Positions 50,858 to 60,400 are shown, counted from the first letter of the stretch. The stretch: DNA of 64,000 bases from an uncultured Bacteroidota bacterium (GCA_942493265.1 OW818688.1:5266625-5330624); one strand, 5' to 3'. Notes: a model not told the origin generated them from the sequence alone. Numbers and translations: made by a program.

Positions 50858-51316
50858 TTAAGGATAAATTATTTTTTCCAGTTTTGTAAACTCTGCAATT
50901 TCCAGATATTTCGTGCGTCCTTTATACGTATAGGTTAACAATCCTTCGCCCTTAAAGTTATACGGTTTTTCAGTGCCGTCAACAGCTAAAGGCTTGATCT
51001 GCCCATTGGGATCGGGCTTAATGGTGACACCTGCCCTGAGTGATATCTGGCTTCCCTTTTTAAAATCCCTTACCTGTTGCCTGGCCGGATCCGGTAATGT
51101 GCGGATCTTCATATGCTGGTCCCCAACCCAAAGATCTTCAAACTTCAGCTGATCCGATCCGGCCCTCACCTTTACGGAGAGGTTATAATCGGTACCATAG
51201 CCGGATTCCTGCAATCCGCCTACCCACTCCTGTGAAGTGGTGCGGATTACCTCCACTTTTGCTCCCCATCCGAAAATAACGGCAAGGAGGATTACAGATA
51301 TATACTTCATCATCAC
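50858..51316 (-). CDS. Hypothetical exported protein
   Basis: Signal-like N-terminus; tightly packed in the operon. Confidence 0.6.
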   Translation of the reverse strand: MMMKYISVILLAVIFGWGAKVEVIRTTSQEWVGGLQESGYGTDYNLSVKVRAGSDQLKFEDLWVGDQHMKIRTLPDPARQQVRDFKKGSQISLRAGVTIKPDPNGQIKPLAVDGTEKPYNFKGEGLLTYTYKGRTKYLEIAEFTKLEKIIYP

Positions 51317-51999
51317 TTTAATTTCTGAATAATTCCGAGCCTGGCCAGTTCGTTTTCCAGCAACTTCTTATCGTAGAAAAAACGGTCCTGAAACTTATTG
51401 TACCATTCCTTTGCCTCCGGAATCCTGTTTGCCGATGCCAGCAGATAGATGATATTGAAATAGGCCATTCCGTACTCAAAATATAAATCTGTATTGGCCA
51501 TTTCAATAAAAGCTTTGAGAGCGCCATTTCCGTCGGCCCTGCTAAAGGAATCGAACCCTCTGGTAACGATCTCGTTAAGCTTTGGATCCAAAATGATTCC
51601 CTGAACATAGAACTCGCGCTTGGGCATATTTTCGAGGAGGTCGAAATATTTTGTTCCTTTTGGCAGCGGTTTAAAAATGAGTGTGAATTCAAATGCCTCA
51701 TTCGGAGTGAACACGTGCTTTTCCGGGGCAAACGGAGCATTTACAGCGCGGATCAGCTTCATGCTGTTCGGGTCGCTTACCGGGCGGATGAACAGGTCGC
51801 GGGTTCGCAGGGTAAACGGGGCCATCTGTTTGGAATTTACAATCCGGATGGTCACACTGGTGGTTGAATCTGTTGTAACCACATTGGTAATGGAAAGTGT
51901 GGCGATTGGCTTGATAGCAATGTTCGGATTGATAACCAATTGTCCGAATACCGAAACCATAAAGCCTGACAGGAAAAAGACAGATAGAACTTTTTTCAT
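51313..51999 (-). CDS. Hypothetical exported protein with C-terminal TPR-like helices
   Basis: Signal peptide MKKVLSVFF; FTLIFKPLPKGTKYFDLLE beta-domain, then a helical tail. Confidence 0.6.
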   Translation of the reverse strand: MKKVLSVFFLSGFMVSVFGQLVINPNIAIKPIATLSITNVVTTDSTTSVTIRIVNSKQMAPFTLRTRDLFIRPVSDPNSMKLIRAVNAPFAPEKHVFTPNEAFEFTLIFKPLPKGTKYFDLLENMPKREFYVQGIILDPKLNEIVTRGFDSFSRADGNGALKAFIEMANTDLYFEYGMAYFNIIYLLASANRIPEAKEWYNKFQDRFFYDKKLLENELARLGIIQKLK

Positions 52000-52030
52000 T
52001 GCAATGATATACAAACGCATACGTACTTTT

Positions 52031-53422
52031 TTACAAACCATATTTGTCGTAAAGATACACCAAAGCTGCAATTCCGGCAGCCCCCATCTGCATCTCACGC
52101 CGGTCAACCTGTTCAAAAGTATCAGATGCAGCGTGGTGCAACTTAAAATAACGCTGATCTTCAGGAATTATTCCCATAAAAAGTATCTGCGGATAATAAT
52201 TTTTCAACGGTCCGACATCTGCTCCACCTCCGCCATTGGTGAGTTTAATATCATACGGAGCGAAAAGCGGCTCCCATTCCGCGAATTTTTTCATTTGTGC
52301 CGGATTACCGGTAACTGCCAGTGCCTTAGGCTGAAAAACCCCACGGTCAGACTCCAGTGCGGCGATATGCTTTTCGCCCCTGACTGAAGCCTCTTTTGCA
52401 TAAACCTGTCCGCCCCGCTGGGCAACTTCCTCATCCATGAACATCACTGCCCTGATGGTATGCTTCGGCCGGATTCCGGCTTTCTGAAACAACCGGAGCA
52501 CCTCAATCGACTGAATGCACCCGCCTCCGTCATCATGAGCCCCCTCTGAAATATCCCAGGCATCGAGGTGTCCGCCAATTGTAATGATTTCATTTGGCAA
52601 CTCCGAACCGCGGATTTCACCGATCACATTAAAGGAGGGCACATCCGGTCCCTCCAGGCAGGTTGTCCGGAAGAAAAAATGAAGATCCGCATCAGCTGCA
52701 AGATATCCGGAAAGCAAATCCGCAGCCCGGGTAGAAATTGCAATCGCCGGGATGTGCTTAACGTCATCGGCATAACGGGTGATGCCGGTATGTGGAAAAT
52801 CATCAATTTCGATGCTCATCGAACGGATCACACATCCGATGGCACCTAACCTGGCCGCCTCAACCGGTCCGTTGGTCCGTTGCCACACCGACTCCCCATA
52901 AGAAGCAAATGTACCGATATTGGTTTGTCTCATCGGCTGGTTGAAAAATACAATCCGACCTTCGATATCTTTATTTGATTTGCTTTTGAGCTCATCCAGA
53001 CTTTTTACTTCAACCACTTTTGCTGATAAACCGGAGTCACCGGTACCCACCGACCAGCCCAGTGCGCAGGAAGGCACAACCAGGGTTCCGAATTTTTCAG
53101 AAATAATCCGGGCAACCTCCGGCTCTCCGCGATCCCAGCTTTTAACCATTACCGGTTGTAGCCACACTGAATCCAGATCCATTTTCATCATCACCTGCCG
53201 GGTAAACTCGACGGCAGCTGCCGCTTCCGGCCTGCCGCATATCCGGCCTGCCGTATTCCTGCACAGCCACTCCAGATTATGATAGGCTTCATAACTGGTA
53301 AGGGCTTCATTGAATACTTTTCTGATAATATCTGCTTCAGCTGGTTGCTGTGATTTGGCCTGAATACCTGTGAGAAGACACAAGGCAACGGCTGTAAACC
53401 GAATGAACTCTATCTTTTTCAT
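52031..53422 (-). CDS. M28-family aminopeptidase (carboxypeptidase Q-like)
   Basis: GGHLDAWD, GAHDDGGG, MDEEVAQRG, ESDRG and HHAASDTF; PA-like insert. Confidence 0.88.
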   Translation of the reverse strand: MKKIEFIRFTAVALCLLTGIQAKSQQPAEADIIRKVFNEALTSYEAYHNLEWLCRNTAGRICGRPEAAAAVEFTRQVMMKMDLDSVWLQPVMVKSWDRGEPEVARIISEKFGTLVVPSCALGWSVGTGDSGLSAKVVEVKSLDELKSKSNKDIEGRIVFFNQPMRQTNIGTFASYGESVWQRTNGPVEAARLGAIGCVIRSMSIEIDDFPHTGITRYADDVKHIPAIAISTRAADLLSGYLAADADLHFFFRTTCLEGPDVPSFNVIGEIRGSELPNEIITIGGHLDAWDISEGAHDDGGGCIQSIEVLRLFQKAGIRPKHTIRAVMFMDEEVAQRGGQVYAKEASVRGEKHIAALESDRGVFQPKALAVTGNPAQMKKFAEWEPLFAPYDIKLTNGGGGADVGPLKNYYPQILFMGIIPEDQRYFKLHHAASDTFEQVDRREMQMGAAGIAALVYLYDKYGL

Positions 53423-53494
53423 GGTTTCAATATTAGTGATTTTAACCGTATCGGTTGGTTTTTTTTATATTTTCACCCCTCAATTCCTCATATT

Positions 53495-54595
53495 ATGACT
53501 ACATATAACGCCTTCCCCGGAAATCTGATCCTGGCAATCAATCCCAGAATACCGTTTACCAATATCGGTTTGTTCCGCAATCAGCAACTCGTTTTCCTGA
53601 AGAAGGTTATACATCCTGAAAGCGAACGGGGAAAATTCACCAGGTATGCTGAGGAGACAGCATACCGGGTTGAACAGATCATAAGAGAACTCAAAGCCAA
53701 CGACTTGCCCATCAATGATATCAAAATAATCATCAGCCGGGGCGGACTGGCCAGGCCGGTTCATGCCGGGGTTTACCGGGTAAATGATGCCATGATCAAG
53801 GACCTGCAGAACGGAATATCAGGCGAGGATGTGGTTAACCTGGGCGGACTGATCGCTCATGAATTATGCTTACAGATACCTGACTCCTCCGCATTTGTGG
53901 CAGATCCTGTTGTTGTGGATGAATTTGAGGATATAGCACGCGTTTCGGGTCATCCGGAATTCAGCCGGAGGTCGGTTTTCCATGCCCTTGAGCAAAAGGC
54001 GGTTGCCCGGAAATATGCTAAAACCGTGCAGAAAAAATATGAAGAATTAAACCTGATTGTGGCCCAGATGGGTAACGGAATTACCGTGGGGGCTCATCAG
54101 AAGGGTCGGGTTATTGACGCCAGCCAGGGACTGGGCGGCGACGGCCCGTTTTCGCCAACTCGCACGGGCACCATACCCATCGGCGACCTCATCAATCTGT
54201 GCTACAGCGGCAAATACACCCATGATCAGTTGTACTCCATGATTACCGTTAATGGGGGGCTCTTTGCTTACCTCGGAGTTCATGATGGTTATTCGGCCAG
54301 CCACATGGCCATGAATGGCGATGAAAAGGCAACCTTTTACCTGAAAGCCATGGCTTACCAGGTGGCCAAAACGATAGGAGCCATGTATGCGGTGCTTTCG
54401 GCTGACGCGGATGCCATACTTCTCACTGGCGGATTGGTGAACAGTTCGGTATTTATGGAAGAACTTCAGATGAGAATCAGAAATATTGCTCCGGTACACA
54501 CCTATCCCAATGAAGATGATGTGGAAACCCTCGGGCTAAATGGATTTTATATTTTGAACGGCGAGATCACGGTCGAAGATAATTACCCCGACTGA
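53495..54595 (+). CDS. Butyrate kinase homolog (divergent)
   Basis: SRGGLARP, DPVVVDE, FHALEQKAVAR, GDGPFSPTR and LTGG match the Buk fold, but several catalytic motifs are altered. Confidence 0.8.
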   Translation: MTTYNAFPGNLILAINPRIPFTNIGLFRNQQLVFLKKVIHPESERGKFTRYAEETAYRVEQIIRELKANDLPINDIKIIISRGGLARPVHAGVYRVNDAMIKDLQNGISGEDVVNLGGLIAHELCLQIPDSSAFVADPVVVDEFEDIARVSGHPEFSRRSVFHALEQKAVARKYAKTVQKKYEELNLIVAQMGNGITVGAHQKGRVIDASQGLGGDGPFSPTRTGTIPIGDLINLCYSGKYTHDQLYSMITVNGGLFAYLGVHDGYSASHMAMNGDEKATFYLKAMAYQVAKTIGAMYAVLSADADAILLTGGLVNSSVFMEELQMRIRNIAPVHTYPNEDDVETLGLNGFYILNGEITVEDNYPD

Positions 54596-54608
54596 TCAAA
54601 GAATTCTG

Positions 54609-55388
54609 TTATTTATTGTTTCCCCAGGAAGGTTTGCGCTTTTCCAGAAAAGCTTTCATTCCCTCTTGCCCTTCATCATTAAACAGCTCGGCAAAGTGCT
54701 CTTTCTCCATGTCCAGCGCTTTCTGAAAATTCATGTCGATACCTTTACGAAGCAATATTTTGGCCGAGCGAACCGCCTTAGGTCCGCGGCCCGCAATAAT
54801 TCCGGCAAGTTTCATTGCCTGATCGGGCAGCTGATCCGGCTCGGCGAGATCCTGCACCAGCCCAATCCGGTATGCCTCCGCAGCATCCATGGTTAAACCT
54901 GACAAAATCCATTTTAATGCACCACCCAAACCTATCAGCCTCGACAATCGCTGTGTTCCGGCATAACCCGGGACCAGCCCGAGATTTACTTCCGGTTGTC
55001 CGAATTTAGCTTCAGTAGAAGCGATTCTGATATCACAGGCCATAGCCAGCTCACAACCTCCACCCAGAGCATATCCGTTAACCGCTGCAATCACCGGAAT
55101 AGGCAAATCTTCAATCATCAGGAAAGTTTGCTGCCCCCTTTCAGCGAATCGCCGAGCCCCGTCGGCATCCAACCCGGCCAGCTCCGAAATATCAGCACCT
55201 GCCGCAAAGGCTTTCCCCTCACCGGTTATAACCAACACGTCAATCGGCTCATCAGTAACTATATAATCCAGATAATCAACCAACTCGGTAAAGAAAACCG
55301 AATTCAATGCATTCAGGGTAGCCGGCTTCGAGAGGGTAAGAAGTCCAACCCTTCCAATTTGCTGGGGTTTAATAAACTGATAGTTCAT
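54609..55388 (-). CDS. Enoyl-CoA hydratase/crotonase
   Basis: FAAGADI, GGGCELAMACD and QPEVNLGLVPGYAGTQRL (both catalytic Glu present). Confidence 0.9.
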   Translation of the reverse strand: MNYQFIKPQQIGRVGLLTLSKPATLNALNSVFFTELVDYLDYIVTDEPIDVLVITGEGKAFAAGADISELAGLDADGARRFAERGQQTFLMIEDLPIPVIAAVNGYALGGGCELAMACDIRIASTEAKFGQPEVNLGLVPGYAGTQRLSRLIGLGGALKWILSGLTMDAAEAYRIGLVQDLAEPDQLPDQAMKLAGIIAGRGPKAVRSAKILLRKGIDMNFQKALDMEKEHFAELFNDEGQEGMKAFLEKRKPSWGNNK

Positions 55389-55445
55389 AGGAGATAATTA
55401 TTAAAGAAAGTTAGATATAAATATATGTATATCCAAGAGTCCGGC

Positions 55446-57920
55446 CTAATTCGACTTAATGACCTTGCGCGACTCCGTGCGGTCCCCAACCCGCAATCGG
55501 CATACATATACCCCGGGACTCACTTTTAATCCGTTCTGGTTTGCACCGTTCCAGATAACCTCATATTCAGCAGGAACATATTCTCCATCGCATAAAACGG
55601 CAACCTTGCTTCCCCTGAGATCGAAAATTTCCGCAACAACCGTTGATTTGTCAGGGACAATAATTTTGAAACGTGTTTCCTCAACAAAGGGATTCGGAAA
55701 GCTTTCCGACAATAATGCGGAGGTGGTAAGGTCGCGGGTGGAAATCCTTATTGTTGAATAGGATTCCCGGTTATTTTTATCCACTACCCGCACTTTAATC
55801 TCATATTCGGTATCCGGTTTCTGGGGCCGGCAAAACAACCATCCCGTTTCATCAAACTTTGTTTCCTCAGGGCACAGATACGGGTTGATCAGCAACGCAT
55901 TGATCCCGGTTTCGCGTTCCGGATTAAAATCAGATATTCTTCGGAATTGCCGGCCGTCACCATTGGATACTCCAATATCCATGGTTGTTCCCGATGGGAA
56001 CAGCACATCAGGCTTATCATAAATATAATGAATCCTTCCGTCCGGATAGATTTCACAAACGATCTTTATCAGCTCACCCCCTTCGGCAGTAGGAACCATG
56101 GCCTTCCATGTGACAGCTAACAATGTATCAGTTCCATATATACTGATGGAATTATCGCTCATGTAATAATCCAGGTCGGTACCAAATCCATTGATTTTTC
56201 TGACGGATCGAAACACGAGCCCCGAATCGATCACGTACGGATATCCGGATTCCTCATGATCAAACAGTATTTCAGCATCTTCTGTGATGGAGAAGTGGTC
56301 ATATTCAATTCCGAAAAACCTGAACTTGAATGGTAGGCTTATCCTGTTGACCGGATTGCCGAAATTTCCACTGTACAACAATTCTCCCTCCCGGTCGGGA
56401 ACCGGCAATTTCCCAAATCCGATCTGATAATCAGGAACAAGTTCCCAGGCATAGGGACTCGCCGCACCTGAAACCTCCATCTGGAGAGAAACATAGTCTC
56501 CCGCTTTTGCAAAAAGTTTTGGGACCTCTTTTATTTCGATACGATTAAACCGCACGGGTCGCACCACACTTAAAAGGGTGCGGGAATTGTTGCGGACCGG
56601 AACCATAGTTTGCTCAGATACCGTTGAATCACGCGTATTAAATTGATTATAAACCATTAGCGACCTGACAACGCCTTCGTTGCCCCCCCCTGGATCCTTT
56701 TCATCAATAATCAGAAAGATCCTGACCGGACCATCAGTTGTAATAAGATCAGTCAAGGGAGAAATATCCAGCCCGAGTTCAAACAGGGTGGTATCGGGTT
56801 TCTGATTACTGAACAAGGGATATTGGGCACCCTGGTATCTGAACATTGGCAATTCCAGAATATGCTCAGGCTCTGTGGCATCAGGATCATTCGAAACTCC
56901 CGCCATTATCCGGATGTTACCCCGGCAGCTGTGCGACAGGGAAGCCCGGATGGTTAAAATGGGTTCAGTGGTTTTGACAGCCTCCACAATATGTACCGAC
57001 TTATTCCACAAACCACCCTCCTGTCCGCACCGCCCGAGCAGATGGTAGGGAACATAGGCAAATCCGCTGTCGCCCCACCCTTTACCCCACGTATTTGCAA
57101 CGATCAGGGCGCCCTTTTCAAAATCCATCAGGTCAACGACATGGTCACCATTGATATCGACATTATTGGTGTATTCCCTATCATCATTCCGATCCAGCCG
57201 GATGGAATCGTTGTACCCGACCACTGTCAGGGCATGACCCACATAAACGCCAAAGGTGGTAATATAGGAAGCTCCTTCATCATAGGAATTAACCGGCAGC
57301 CTGCCCAGGTTCATGCCACCGCTGGCAATCTGAAAATTAGCCATTCCGCCAAATTTCGATCCGTCGAAATGATCAAACAGATATCTCTTTAATATCTGCA
57401 ACCCTTCAGGGGTGCCCACCGGCAACGACCAGTTTTTTGTCACGCGGTTTTGCATGGCACGGTAATAACGGTCGTAACCCGACATCCAGAACTTCAGATC
57501 GCTCTTGTTCGGATAATCAACCTCATTGGGTGCTCCGCCAGCCTTAATAATCTCCCAGCTGTCGAAATAGCTGACCCCTTTTGTTGAATTTGAGCTGTTC
57601 AGAAAATTCCAGACATATAGCGGCAGGTAACGGTTTTCAGGCAAGCTGCCATCCGCCAGGCGCAAACGGTTTAATTCGTAGGTAAGAAGATATCCGATTG
57701 AGCTCGATTGATTGCAGCTCCAGCCGTACTGCTCGAATATATCAGGGAAATATTTGCTTTTCGCCAGGTTGACTTTTGCCGGGAGCTTAACGGAGGATTT
57801 CAGCCTGATAGCATCAGGGACCGGATAAACCGGAAAATCCGGTCCCTCCGTCATAACCTGACCATTTGCAAGGGCTGCTGACAGCCAGAATCCCAATATG
57901 ATAAGACTCCATCGCATCAT
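55446..57920 (-). CDS. Secreted papain-like (C1) cysteine protease with C-terminal T9SS/FlgD-like domain
   Basis: QYGWSC (Gln/Cys), GHALTVVGYND (His), NTWGKGWGDSG (Asn); C-terminal FPNPF...SPGVYVCRL. Confidence 0.82.
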   Translation of the reverse strand: MMRWSLIILGFWLSAALANGQVMTEGPDFPVYPVPDAIRLKSSVKLPAKVNLAKSKYFPDIFEQYGWSCNQSSSIGYLLTYELNRLRLADGSLPENRYLPLYVWNFLNSSNSTKGVSYFDSWEIIKAGGAPNEVDYPNKSDLKFWMSGYDRYYRAMQNRVTKNWSLPVGTPEGLQILKRYLFDHFDGSKFGGMANFQIASGGMNLGRLPVNSYDEGASYITTFGVYVGHALTVVGYNDSIRLDRNDDREYTNNVDINGDHVVDLMDFEKGALIVANTWGKGWGDSGFAYVPYHLLGRCGQEGGLWNKSVHIVEAVKTTEPILTIRASLSHSCRGNIRIMAGVSNDPDATEPEHILELPMFRYQGAQYPLFSNQKPDTTLFELGLDISPLTDLITTDGPVRIFLIIDEKDPGGGNEGVVRSLMVYNQFNTRDSTVSEQTMVPVRNNSRTLLSVVRPVRFNRIEIKEVPKLFAKAGDYVSLQMEVSGAASPYAWELVPDYQIGFGKLPVPDREGELLYSGNFGNPVNRISLPFKFRFFGIEYDHFSITEDAEILFDHEESGYPYVIDSGLVFRSVRKINGFGTDLDYYMSDNSISIYGTDTLLAVTWKAMVPTAEGGELIKIVCEIYPDGRIHYIYDKPDVLFPSGTTMDIGVSNGDGRQFRRISDFNPERETGINALLINPYLCPEETKFDETGWLFCRPQKPDTEYEIKVRVVDKNNRESYSTIRISTRDLTTSALLSESFPNPFVEETRFKIIVPDKSTVVAEIFDLRGSKVAVLCDGEYVPAEYEVIWNGANQNGLKVSPGVYVCRLRVGDRTESRKVIKSN

Positions 57921-58011
57921 TCGAAATTTTAGGCAAATTAGTGACATATTTCGATATATCGATAGCAGAGGTGAAGAATGGGTACGCGGATACGCAGGGA
58001 GGCATGTAGAA

Positions 58012-58071
58012 CGTAAAGAGAGTAAAGAAGGTGAAGAGAGTTAAGGAGGTGAGGAGGTGAGGAGGTGAGGG
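58012..58071. repeat. Tandem array: four 9-mers (RGTDAAGRR-like) then three GGTGAGGR 8-mers
   Basis: CGTAAAGAG AGTAAAGAA GGTGAAGAG AGTTAAGGA GGTGAGGA GGTGAGGA GGTGAGGG. Confidence 0.8.
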
Positions 58072-58076
58072 GGATC

Positions 58077-58099
58077 GTAGGGGCGACCTGCGGTCGCCC
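58077..58099 (+). repeat. GTAG-type REP palindrome
   Basis: GTAG-GGGCGACC-TGC-GGTCGCCC. Confidence 0.75.
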
Positions 58100-58203
58100 A
58101 CAAAATTTCACAAGGGGAAAAAATGAAATTGGCAAACCCCTGCGGTCGCCCACAAAATTTCACAAGGGGAAAAAATGAAATTGGCAAACCCCTGCGGTCG
58201 CCC
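58087..58203. repeat. Exact 52-bp direct tandem repeat (two copies plus 13 bp)
   Basis: CCTGCGGTCGCCCACAAAATTTCACAAGGGGAAAAAATGAAATTGGCAAACC at 58087 and 58139; CCTGCGGTCGCCC again at 58191. Confidence 0.92.
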
Positions 58204-58263
58204 GGAAAATTCCGATTAAGGTTGGTTGTGTAAGATTTAAAAAATCCTCTGTGATAAAGAAAT

Positions 58264-60249
58264 TTATCTGGCAAGGCTATCAACGGTCATCTTGTTATCA
58301 AGCAGCCGGTTATTGTATTGCTGGATGAAAGCCTGCATTTTCAGCTCCATTTTTCGCTCGAGTTCAGGATACTGGCCGTTCAGATTTTGAGATAACAGGG
58401 TATCGGTTTTCATATTATAGAAACCTGTTTCAACCAATCCGTTGTACAAAAACAGATAATCGCCCATCACCAGCTGATACGTATTTGATGTATACGTCAC
58501 CACAAATGGCTCCTCCCTGACATCAAAAAGATTGCGTCCGAATGCTAAAAACGGCTTGTCGTAATTGAGAAGACCAAGAATTGACGGCATGATATCGATC
58601 TGCTGGGCAAGTTCATTGACCTTCTTCTTAAGACTGCCATCAGGCTTATAGAAAACAACCGGAACCCTGAAAGCTCCGATATTGGTTTTATACTCCAGAT
58701 AAACAGACTGGCTGGTATGGTCGCCCGTGATCACAAATAGAGTATTATCATACCAGGGCATGCGGGAGGCAGTTTGAAAGAACTTCCTGAGTGCATCATC
58801 GGTATAATTGATGCATTGGTGGATCGGCATCGGACCCTGCTTATATTTTCCTTTATATTTTTCGGGTACAACGAATGGATGATGAGAGGAAACAGAAAAG
58901 ATGGCGGTGCAGAAGGGTTGTTTGAACTCATTCATTTTACCGGCATAAAATTGAAAGAACTCTTCATCCCATACCCCCCATGAACCATCAAAATCACCTT
59001 TATTGGGGTATTCATCCATCCCATAGTAATCCTGGAATCCGGCAGCATTGGCAAATGCCTCAAAGCCCATTGAACCATTTGGAGCGCCATGAAAATAAGC
59101 CGTATAGTAACCCTCCTGATTGAGTATGTTGGCAATACTGGTAATCTTGTTGGCAGAATAGGAGGTCAGCAGAAAAGGCTCAACCATCATGGGAATGCTG
59201 GCCAGTACCGATGGCATGGCATCGATGGACTTGCGCCCGTTGCTGAAGGATTCCTTGTACATCAGGCCATTGCTGATTATCGAATCGAGGAAAGGGGTAT
59301 AACCTTCATATTTTCCTCCATCCAGATGGCTTCCGTAACTTCTGGTGTACTCGCACCCGAAACTTTCCAGGATGAGAATAACCACATTTTGCTTTTGGAA
59401 CGGTGCCTTCACCTCCGGAACATGAATGGGGTTAAAAACCTCATTGAGCTCCTCCTCTGTGCCAAAATAATCCCCTCTCTCGAGGGTTTGTTTACTGATT
59501 GTCCGGTATATGGCAAAAGGAGTGTTCAGAACAATATTGGCCTCGAGGGGTTCATTAATGTATTTCCCGGCATTGCTCAAAGTAATCGGTCGGGTACTGT
59601 GACGCAAACCGCCCCTTAGTCCGCCGACGATCAAAACGCCGAAAAACACAAACAACAGGGACTGCCTGATAAGTGGAATGAGCTTGGGAGGCTGACCCTT
59701 AGCCGTTCCTGATTTTGTAATGTGGGTGGGTCCGTAGGTGAAATAAAGAATTGCCAGCAGGGCTATCCAGATGGCAACCACATACCAGTACCCGACAATA
59801 AACTTCGGCATCAGTGCCCCCAGGTTGGATTCATGCTTAAATTCACTGAAAATGGAGGCTGTAGTCCGACGAAATGCAAACTGGAAGTATATAAAATCGC
59901 CACAGTTAGCAAGCAGGGCCAATCCGTTGGCTATCAAATAAAAATACTTCATCGCTGTCTGAAACACCAGCTCATACCGGAATGAGAAAGGGATCAGAAA
60001 TAGGAATATGTACAGGAGGTTGGTATACAGTACGGCAGTAGTATCGAAAATGATACCCCCGCTCATCAGTTTCAGCATCCCCTCAAAGGTTGTATTCGGA
60101 AAATAACCCCGATTGATCAGATAGAAAGCAACCCTGGATACCGAAAAAAGAGCCATTACAATGAAGAAGCGCCAGATCAGTAATAAATACAGATTCCTCT
60201 GAAGCTCTATATCATAAAAATATTTTTTCGGAAACTTTGGCACGTTCAC
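58264..60249 (-). CDS. LTA synthase/sulfatase-like membrane protein
   Basis: Five N-terminal TMs; NVVILILESF, YTPFLDS, SSHHPF and ITGDH. Confidence 0.88.
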   Translation of the reverse strand: MNVPKFPKKYFYDIELQRNLYLLLIWRFFIVMALFSVSRVAFYLINRGYFPNTTFEGMLKLMSGGIIFDTTAVLYTNLLYIFLFLIPFSFRYELVFQTAMKYFYLIANGLALLANCGDFIYFQFAFRRTTASIFSEFKHESNLGALMPKFIVGYWYVVAIWIALLAILYFTYGPTHITKSGTAKGQPPKLIPLIRQSLLFVFFGVLIVGGLRGGLRHSTRPITLSNAGKYINEPLEANIVLNTPFAIYRTISKQTLERGDYFGTEEELNEVFNPIHVPEVKAPFQKQNVVILILESFGCEYTRSYGSHLDGGKYEGYTPFLDSIISNGLMYKESFSNGRKSIDAMPSVLASIPMMVEPFLLTSYSANKITSIANILNQEGYYTAYFHGAPNGSMGFEAFANAAGFQDYYGMDEYPNKGDFDGSWGVWDEEFFQFYAGKMNEFKQPFCTAIFSVSSHHPFVVPEKYKGKYKQGPMPIHQCINYTDDALRKFFQTASRMPWYDNTLFVITGDHTSQSVYLEYKTNIGAFRVPVVFYKPDGSLKKKVNELAQQIDIMPSILGLLNYDKPFLAFGRNLFDVREEPFVVTYTSNTYQLVMGDYLFLYNGLVETGFYNMKTDTLLSQNLNGQYPELERKMELKMQAFIQQYNNRLLDNKMTVDSLAR

Positions 60250-60262
60250 TTGATTTGGGTTG

Positions 60263-60270
60263 CAAAATTA
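60263..60270 (-). promoter_or_regulatory. -7 promoter box (TAATTTTG)
   Basis: TAnnTTTG 14 bp upstream of the start. Confidence 0.55.
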
Positions 60271-60355
60271 TTCAAAAAACGGATTGAATCACAAATACAT
60301 TGTGTTTTAGCACGTCCTTTCGACGCACGGAAGATTGGATTGTTACAGATAAACC

Positions 60356-60399
60356 AAAAAAAAACCGACAACGCTGAACTCAGGGTTGTCGGTTTTTTT
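60356..60399 (-). terminator. Intrinsic terminator after tRNA-Phe
   Basis: A-run-CCGACAAC-G-CTGA-AC-TCAG-G-GTTGTCGG-T7. Confidence 0.8.
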
Positions 60400-60400
60400 G

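Noticed and set aside
58087-58203. Possible mini-CRISPR array
   Set aside because: The would-be spacers are identical, the repeat is only 13 bp, and no cas genes are present. It is a tandem duplication.
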